Shown here in pieces: positions 55,200 to 64,000 of a stretch of 64,000 bases of DNA (positions are counted from its first letter, which is position 1; the number at the start of each line of letters is the position of its first letter). The DNA is from the human T2T-CHM13v2.0 reference genome, Homo sapiens. A program made the translations under genes and the position numbers. Location of the stretch: NCBI RefSeq assembly GCF_009914755.1, contig NC_060935.1; one strand, 5' to 3'. The notes beneath the pieces are model-generated. The model worked only from the letters and a program-made list of their open reading frames with translations. It had not been told where the DNA came from and searched no databases.

Positions 55200-55523
55200 A
55201 ATTATTCAATTAATAGTGTGGGAATATCTATGAAGCAAGGCAGTAAGATCCCTACTTCACATCATACCAAAATAAACTCCAGATGGTATTAAATGTAAAA
55301 AACAAACCCCAAAAAACTTCGACAACATTAAAAAAAAAGTACTACTATTTAAATAACCTAAATCTAAAGGCTTTCTAAGCATTTCACACACAAAAAAACT
55401 GAAAAGTTTGAAAGTTTTAACTAATTTTTAAATATTTTAATATAGTTTTTTGAAAGCCTCCCATAAATAAAACTGCAATATTTGTAAGACATATAACATG
55501 AAAGCATGTAATGTATATGTATC

Positions 55524-55563
<40 letters not shown>

Positions 55564-56165
55564 GCTGGATAACTATGTTTTAAAAAGCAAAAATAAAATG
55601 AAATAAAATAGACACTATCAGAACGTAAATTTCTTAGAAATAAATTAGAAAAAAATTAACACATTAATATAAATGTGGTAAGTATGGAAGTCACAAAAGG
55701 AGTACTTCAAGTGACTAAAAAACACACAACAACCTATACACCCCCACTGGTTTTAAATAAATTCCAATAAAAATATGTTATTATTTACTTATCACATTGG
55801 AAGAAGTCTTCTTAATAATTGTCTCCATTACTTATATGGAAATTTAAAACAACCTAAATGTTTAATCATTTAAAATTGCCAAGATACATTGTTGTACATT
55901 CCTAAAAATTGAATATGCTTACATTCACTAAAATTGTTTAGAGTTCAAAATAATATTTAATAGCATGGAAATGTGTTCATGATATATCATGCAAAGCAAT
56001 AGGTTTTGAACCTTATGGATAGTATTGCTTTGTGGAAATCACATGTTTATGTGTGCATAGAAAAAAGACCTAAAGGCTATTCTAACAATAATTTGACTTT
56101 TTAATTTTTCATTTTTGTTTATATTGACTAAATGTCTTAAAATGAGCATGTGTTATTTTTGAAAT
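55200..56165 (+). mobile_element. Old L1M 3' region with (TG)n(TA)n at 55525-55563
   Basis: cctacttcacatcataccaaaataaactccagatgg..aaacaacctaaatgt L1 ORF2/3'UTR motifs. Confidence 0.65.
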
Positions 56166-57806
56166 AAGATTTAAAGTGACTGTTTATTAGCTTTAAAAGG
56201 TACAATTTCCCAAACTCTCCTTAATTAAATGTTTATTGATGTTTCCAACCCCACTTGTGATAAAGTTTTGGGGAGGAATGAGGAAAATTGCAGATTAGCT
56301 AGGTGAACTTATAACAGCTCATTGGTGTGTCTGGATGAGGGGTTGTGAAGTCCAGTGAGGTAGGCCTCAACTTTCTTCTCCTCGCAGGCCTAGGGCCCCT
56401 GTGTACCACAGGCCAGGCCCTTCCTTGGTTTAACAGTGGCCTTTGTGCTTGCTAGAGTTCATATTAGCCTGACTACCACTCACAGCCTCTTCATCAGAAT
56501 GTCAGCCCCATATTACAATGTCAGGCGGTAGCCTCAGGTGCAAACTGCTTCCCTGGTGATGACAGATTTATTGCATTTGAAGGCAAAGGTTCTATAAATT
56601 TCAATTAGGGCCAGAAAGAATTCTACCAGAAAGCTTTATAATAATTAAGCAGAAATGTGAGTCACTTGAACTGAATATTATGGAAGTTTCACTAGAGATT
56701 TCTTTCTTCTCTGAATGGCAAATATAATAAAGGCCTAAAAATAAATGACAGTAATCTGCAAAGCTTTCTTCCTCTCTAACAGAATTGGTCAGATTGTCCC
56801 CCTTGGGGCTTGAGGTATACGTGTCATGCACACTGCCATTCAAGGGTTATGGTGCTTTATATTTGTTTCTAGTGTGATGGTATGAGCAGAGTCAAGATAT
56901 TTTCCAGCCAGGTATCACACAGGGTCGATTCAAGGAGACTGCTTTCTGAAAGGAAAAGAGAAGGCTCTTTCTGGATGCAGTCTGGCCATCCTCAAAGCAC
57001 AGAGTTTCATAGAGCAAAGCAAGCCACAGAGAATACAGCCCACCATGGCAGACCACCAAGCCTGCATCCTGAGCATTACGTCACCAGGAATTCACACAGT
57101 GGCCAGGGCATTCCTGATGATATCGATGATGTGGTGTGTTTGTATTGGGCTTTCAGTCACGAGCCAAGACTGCGAAGTCAAGCCCAATCTAGTCTAGCTT
57201 CTTAGTTTATAGCCTAGTGACCAAGTGTGGAAGAGCTAGATCATGAAAAAGCTTGGTACAAGGTTATTATAGGCACTGTTGGAACAGAGTATGTTTTCCT
57301 CTGTTTCTTTCTCTTATACATATCTATTTGACAAACCATTCACCATGCATCCATTTACACATGAAGAGCTGAAGCAACAAAAGCAATGTGAAGAAGCCAA
57401 TCGCAGCATGAAGTTGGTTAACATATTTGATCAGTCAACACCTGCAAGACTCTCAAGAGGCAATTGTCAGACTTCATAATAGCTTACTTTTATATATCAC
57501 ATATACAAATAAATTTATATTTATCTATACACAAAAATTAATTTGTATTATATATAATATCTTACATTTTCCAGCTTAAAAAAAAAAAAACAAATAAATG
57601 ACTTGCCTGGTCAGCAGCAGAGACAAGCCTGGAAACCAAGAGGATTTTTTCTGGTCCACATTCATCAGTGAGTAAAAGAGGCACTGTCAAACATACTGAA
57701 TATTGCGTGAGAAACACACTTGTGGAAGATAGCACAATGTAAGGCTTCAGAATCAAAATTGACAATTTTAATGACCACCAATAGTCAGGGTCCATGGTTA
57801 CAGAGG

Positions 57807-57918
57807 TGTAATCCCAGCTACTTGGGAAGCTGAGGCAGGAGGATTGCTCAAGGCCAGGAGTTCAAGAGCAGCCTAAGCAACATAGTAAGAACTCCCATCT
57901 CTAAAAATAAAAAATAAA
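57807..57918 (+). mobile_element. Free Alu monomer (FLAM/FRAM-like)
   Basis: Single arm with A tail. Confidence 0.85.
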
Positions 57919-57929
57919 GAGCACCAACT

Positions 57930-59080
57930 ATAAACAAGACATTGTGCTAAGAGCTTAGGGTTTACAAATACAGTTAGGATATGATCCCATCTTTCAAGGA
58001 TGGAATTAATGGACTGGAGGAAGAGATATACATAAATCACTCTAACACAAGATAGATGGTGGCATCATAACAAATATACAGAGTTTAAAAGATATATTTG
58101 AGGTGACCTCTGAACAGTGAGTAAGACTTGGACAGGTATACAAAGACAGGGAAAGCTTTCCAAGTAAAACAAAAAGAAGGAGCACAGGGGCAGGGTTGCA
58201 AAGTTCAGGACGTGTTTGGGAGAATGTCCCGTTTAGCTGGAGTTAGAGGTACACTTCTTAGCCTCTTGGACCCAAAGCACAAATTACCTATAACTTCTCT
58301 TTAGGAGGCTCCATAGGAAGTAGATAAGATCTCAGAATTGCAAGTGAGTTCTAATCCTGGCTGGGCCACCTCCTAGAGGGCAAGTCCTGATGACATCGGT
58401 CAGTGACTTCCCCATTTTCAGTCTTGATTTTCTCTTTGGTATGTGGAGACAATAAATGACCTCGTGGGGTGTTCAGAATATTCATTTAGTCAATCCACAA
58501 ATATATATTGAGCACTTTCTGTGGGCCAGCACGGTTCTGTGCATTATGGATAATGAGGTAAACAAAACAAGGGATAGTCCTTGCCCTCACAGGGCTCTCA
58601 GTCTAGTGGGAAAAACAGATATTAAATAAATGACAGCTATTTATCCTTCATTTATCAGCTTAGGAAGGTCTTTCCTGAACTTTCTTCCCAGCCTCCTCTC
58701 TAGTTTAAATGAGGTCTCCCCCAACCCCTTGCTTTATCTTCTTTCATAGGTCCATGTACATTTGTTTGAAGACCCTTGTCTTCATTTTAAGTTATAAGTT
58801 TATTTCAGTAGTAGCTAGGTGAAAAGCACGTTAAGGAAGTTCCAAGTAGAACCTCTTCCAGCAGCACGTTTGATGCACTTGAGGTGGAAAATAATTCAGA
58901 CCTGTTGAGGAATTAAAAACTCAGTGTAGATGAAGCAGAAGAAGGAGGCAGAGAGATTCAAGACCTATCTGGAAAAAGAGGCATGGGCCAGATCATGCAG
59001 AATTTCCTATGCCAAGATTAAAAACATTTTATTTTATTCACATTGGCCTGGGAAGCCATTGGTGGTTTTAAGCATGTCAA
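57930..59080. mobile_element. Cluster of L2 and MIR fragments
   Basis: attcatttagtcaatccacaaatatatattgagcac..ccttgccctcacagggctctcagtctagtggg (L2 end); ggaagccattggtggttttaagca. Confidence 0.65.
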
Positions 59081-59099
59081 AGTCTGTGATGAATGAGAG

Positions 59100-59510
59100 T
59101 GAAGTGATGTTGCAGGTTCTTCCTTAGCAGTTGTTCCATTTCCCCTGAAATAAAGGGGAGAGTGGCCCTTCCCCAGTCTGTTATTGGTTCATGACCCCAG
59201 TTGGCACGTGACCCAAATTGGTCAAATCAGAGGGATGCCTAGGAATTTATTTCAGCAGTTAGAGGAAAGAGAATCCCCTCTATTGGCCAAAAAAAGCATG
59301 CAGCTCCAGGAACTTCCTGGTAGCCATTTTGCCATCAGAAAGAAAGACTGCCTGAGGATGAAGGCAGCCTGCAGAGGCAGGCCCAGGTGAGGGATTGGCA
59401 GAGAGGTGGAGCTCCCAGATTAGCAGGCCTGCTGTCATTCGAAACCCCCGGAAGTCTGCCCCATCTATGGATTCACTGGGTACTAGAGCCAATAAATTCC
59501 ATTTGTAATT
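59100..59510 (+). mobile_element. Old MLT1-like LTR
   Basis: cacgtgacccaaattggtcaaatcagag..gtagccattttgcca..gagccaataaattcc. Confidence 0.55.
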
Positions 59511-62125
59511 CAAAATCAACAACAACAACAAAATATTAGAGCCAAAATGGTGATCTTAAATGCAAAGCTCTTTAACATGAAACTAGGGAAATGGGAATCT
59601 AGCGAGGTGATCAAGGAAAGTGATTAGGCCTCAGGAAAAAGAAGTTCCATAGCGGAGTCACAGGGCCTCATAGAGCTAGAAATGGAAGAAAATCTAAAAT
59701 CAAAGGCCATGCAGGCTCCTCTGATCTTCGTGAATCTTCATATTAATGTCCCATCCCTAATATAACTGTTCTTCACGTGTTTTTCCCACTTCCAACTGGC
59801 TTTCTTGTTTCTATCTCTATAAAGATTTTTTTCTGTATGATAATTTTTACTAAGAATGAGGAGGTTCATACATTTGGAAAGGAGAGCTTTATTTCTCGTA
59901 AAGGGCTGCAGCCTGCAGCATGGCCATTCTGACAGACTGGGAAACACAGCCTCTGGTCAGATGCTAGAAACAGACACTTCAGGCCTTGGTAAAATAACCA
60001 ACGTCTCCAACTGTGTCCTGTTTCAAAAGAAAACAGATTCTTACAAACTTATGCAAATAACCATGTTGCCATAAAATAAGAATACTCATGAAAAGTTTCC
60101 AAATTTTGGAGAACTGAGGTAGACAGAAAGGTAAATTCTGCTGACAAAAGTATACTTTTTACAATTAGAGTAGCAGCCTTCCAATCAGGATGTTGTCTGT
60201 TCACCTTGAAACTGCCATCCTCAAATCAAGCAGCTCATTGTCAGTCAGGTGAGAGCTGTTTATCAGGCACTGCAGAATCCAGCAACTCCTTGCACAGGTC
60301 CAGAGTCAACTCTATGGGAATAAGGGCTCCCTGTATATGAGTATCTCCTCCTTGCATTCATCAGGTAGCATGATAAGTCATTCCAATTGGATTACGGAAC
60401 TCTGGGCACTTCTGGGCACTGCTATCCCCATTAGGGTGCTTCTCTGGCATCATCCCAGACAGCATGGGTATTTCAGGTGTCAAGATCATTTTATATTCTT
60501 TACATATGGGTGGCTTCAGTTAACATCTCATAACTGGTCATTAAATGGCCCTGAAGTGGAAATTCTTTAGTCCGAAGTTTCAGCAGTCATAGTTGACAGG
60601 TGCTCACAAGCTTTGGCCACAAGCCACAGTAAATGCTCCACAAAGGGCTCTCAACTGGAGAACTGGGTCCTTTGCGATGTTGAATGTAGCCCAGGCACTA
60701 CCAGCACTCCAGTTTCTACTCTACGTTCTAGGCTCGGGCAATGTTATGGGTTCTCATTTAGAAAGTCCAATTAATATTGCTTGATGGGTGGATTTACATG
60801 CCTTCTGTTTTATAGTAGTAGGTAGGAGAAACATCCCCCAGCTGGATACAATATTCATTTTCATAAAACTTTTAGGTTAAAAGGAGTCACAACCACTTTA
60901 CACAAAGCCTATTTAAACATTCCAGCTTTCAAAATCGTATCAACCTTACATTTTTATGTTCTGGTCTCAGGAGCTTCTTTGTTTCCCACCCCTCAGACCA
61001 TTTTACTTTCTCTGGTGAAAAAGGATTTGGCTTCTCAGCCAAAGGATCAGGAACCCTTCTGTCAATCCTCAACATTGCCCCAGGCAATTTTCGTTGCACT
61101 CTTCGCTTTCTGACTTTTCTTCAGAAATATCTCCAGCCTAGGGTAAATACAGAAAAATGATTTGGAGCCCTTTAATGTTGGGAGATCAGCGTCTCCCTTT
61201 GGTCCACCCAACCTTCCATAGTGTTGTGTTAAGATCTTTGTTTTAACCCCACCAATTTCCATTTTATTTATTTCATCTCTTAATAACCATCTAAAGATTT
61301 TCACCCTGCTGGGTCATGGGACTCTCCCCTTTCTTTTTTCCCCTTAGTTTCACCCCATCAATGTTTTCTGTATTCATTTTATTTCTTAATTACCCTTTAA
61401 AATTTTCCACTTTCCTGAGATGAGTCCTTTGACTCTCTCATTTGCTTTTCCCATTTTCTTATTAATTAATCTAATGTTTTATTAGCATCTGTAACATGAG
61501 GGAAAGCTGGAACAGCAGACTTGATAAGGATCCTCGAACCTAACAACATCATCCTATGGAGTGCCCATGCAGAAGGGGCCCCCTTAACCACAGCATTTAC
61601 CATGACCTGGGTGATGGGCACATTCAGCGCATGACTGTCCCTGACATCATAAATCTAGCTCCATATGGCTTGCATACAAAGCGTATCAGTTGCTTTACCT
61701 GGGGGCACTCCACTAGGCATTTATAAGGAGTTGGGCAGTCCCTTTCTTGGAGTAAACAGATCTTACAGTAGCTTTTATCCAGTACCCCAGGCTGGCCGTT
61801 CCCTCGAGAATAATCTCCTGTTTGTCAGGATCATATATATCCATCTGCAATTGTACAATAGTGAGCTGTGGGTCCTACATCAACCCAAACATGCTCTTCT
61901 ATTCTGCAGCATTTAAAACCAAAGATACTGATATTGTCCCTAACTTGGTTACTCTTAAAATCCCATTTTAGTAAAGGTTCCTCAGGAAGCTGATAATACT
62001 GATCTACAAAATGGAGCAATTCCTTCACATGATACCTTCTGATTTGAATAGTCACTTAGCTTTGCCGTTCTCCCCACATTGACTATCTTCTTGGTAACCA
62101 CAAGTCTCAGAGTTACTTTCATAAT

Positions 62126-62396
62126 TGTATTATGCAAATGAGCTTTCCACTTGTCCGGGCACCATCTTGTCTGCTGCTTACTGCACGTGTGGCTGACAAA
62201 GAGAGAAGGGAAGATGGAGCCACTATTTTGAACACGATTGGCACAAACTACCAGCATCTATATCTGCAGCCTGACTTTACAGGCTGCTCTTGTTAGAAAA
62301 TGATTTGGGGACTGCTTGTCATTAAAAGGGAAAACCTTACCAAGGACTCTAGCACTCATTATCTGCCTAAGTGATTTCTTCTTAAGTCCTATATCA
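62126..62396 (-). mobile_element. MER61-like LTR, 5' half only
   Basis: Minus strand reads tgatataggacttaagaagaaatcacttaggcagata..ggaaagctcatttgcataata, then stops. Confidence 0.7.
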
Positions 62397-62815
62397 CTAT
62401 GATGGATAACAATAACCAAAGGAATGAATATTTTGCTTTTTCCTTATTAGTTTGCATTTCCTTATGCATCCAGTGAACCAACTCCCCCAGAGTTGCATCC
62501 ATCTCTAAATTCCACTGGTAAATTTTACCTTTAGTAACTGAATGCAGCACAGCTGCTGCTTCATACCGTAGGTGAGCCAGCGGCCACGCAGGAATCAAAG
62601 CTTCCTCATTCCCCATCCTTTTTTTTCTCCATTTAGTTTGAGCTATATCATTTTGTCCTTTGTTCTGAAGCAAACTTTAAATAGCCTCTAACCAAATGAA
62701 ATTACTTTTTCCTTTAGCAAAAATCACATCCTCATTTTTTTTATAAACTTCACCAAAAAACACATCTTACCTTCTTTATATACTCTGTATGTAGAATTGC
62801 TTCTCTTATGTCTAG

Positions 62816-63279
62816 TAAGGGAGGAGACCACCCCTCATATTGTCTTATGCCCAATTTCTGCCTCCAAAGAAAGAAGTAAAAACTAAAAGGCAGAAATGGA
62901 ATCCACAGGCAGACAGCCCGGCGCCGTGCCCTGGGCCTGGTAGTTAAAAATCAACCCCTGACCTAACTGTTTGTGTTATCTATAGATTTCAGACATTGTA
63001 TGGAAAAGCATTGTGAAAATCCCTGTCCTGTTCTGTTCCGTTCTGATTACTGGTGCATGCAGCCCCCAGTCATGTACCCACTGCTTGCTCAATCGATCAC
63101 AACCCTCTCACACAGACTCCCTTAGAGTTGTGAGCCCTTAAAATGGACAGGAATTGCTCACTTGGGGAGCTCCGTTTTTGGAGACGTGAGTCCAGCGATA
63201 CTCCCAGCTGAATAAAGCCCTTTCCTTCCACAACTCGGTGGTATCTGAGGGGTTCTTGTCTGCGGCTCATCCTGCTACA
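62816..63279 (+). mobile_element. LTR2/LTR2B (HERV-E) solo LTR
   Basis: taagggaggagaccacccctcatattg..aataaa..cctgctaca; perfect 4-bp TSD CTAG. Confidence 0.92.
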
Positions 63280-63401
63280 CTAGTAGTTTTAATTATATAT
63301 GTTAACTACCATTCTAACTCTTCATAACCCTAGTTTCCAGTGAAAAAAGCCAGGATTACTTAATTTAACCTAACTGTAAGCTTTCAAATTAGTGAAGAGA
63401 A

Positions 63402-63676
63402 TTTTGGTTGTTTGTGTTGTTTGTTTTGAGACAGGGTTTAACTCCTGTCACCTAGGCTGGAGTGTAGTGGCATGATCATGGCTCACTGCAGCCTTGACTT
63501 CCCCAACTCAGGTGATTCTCCCACCTCAGCCTTCCAAAGCATGTGCCACCACACCCGGCTAATTTTTTTGTATTTTTAGTAGAGATAGGGTTTTGCCATG
63601 TCCTGGACTCAAGCAATCTGCCCACCTCGGCCTCCCAAAGTGCTGGGATTACAGGTGTGAGTCACTGTGCCTGGCC
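63402..63676 (-). mobile_element. AluJ with internal deletions
   Basis: Antisense Alu with TSD tgaaga(g/t)aatttt. Confidence 0.9.
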
Positions 63677-64000
63677 ATGAAGATAATTTTGAAACTAGTT
63701 TTATTTACCAAAGATTACCAAAGTCTTGTGAACTAAAAGGTATTTCAGCTAGCTTCTATTTTTCAGATATTCATATCAGAATCAGCTCTTTGTAACAGCT
63801 CTTTCATATATTTTGGTATAGGAAAGACACAGACAGAGGCAGATCTTAAAGACTTATAAGATTCTTCATTTGCCAGTTTTCAAAGTCTCTCCCCTACTTT
63901 GGACTATCAATCTCTTGTGTACCTGTTTCATGCCCTAAACAATTGTTAGCTAGTCAGCTCTAAATTTGCATCTCCAAAGACATGACTCAGGTGAAACAAG

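Larger units (their letters stand above)
59850..64000 (-). mobile_element. MER4-group ERV internal region (with a short LTR end at about 59850-59980), running off the window
   Basis: MER4-group-like internal motifs (cttatgcaaataac, ccaaattttggagaa, tttatttaccaaagattaccaaagtc); gag-like remnants at 61831-62055 and 62389-62673. Confidence 0.65.

Overview
This window is repeat-dense, CpG-depleted primate (human-like) non-coding DNA, either intronic or intergenic. I see no host protein-coding exon, RNA gene or CRISPR-like array. Every ORF in the track that resembles a known protein comes from a transposon: L1 ORF1/ORF2, HERV-L gag/pro/pol/dUTPase, ERVL-like gag remnants and Alu pseudo-ORFs. The main elements are: a near full-length HERV-L provirus with two MLT2A1-type LTRs and a perfect CCAGC target-site duplication (TSD) at 40731-47381 (minus); a complete MSTA MaLR element at 13674-16023; an L1PA with a twin-priming 5' inversion at 3681-5295; solo LTRs (MLT2, MER4A, THE1, MSTA, LTR2); about 13 Alus; a Tigger3 MITE; and a nested ERV cluster at 59.8-64 kb. 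The best non-repeat signal is a dense ETS/PU.1 motif cluster at about 35.5-35.8 kb with splice donors pointing both ways, plus several exon-like segments. Together these may be a bidirectional haematopoietic promoter/enhancer with lncRNA(s). I could not support a genuinely new biological system. Repeat subfamily names come from memory of consensus sequences, not from a database search, and boundaries of old elements are approximate.
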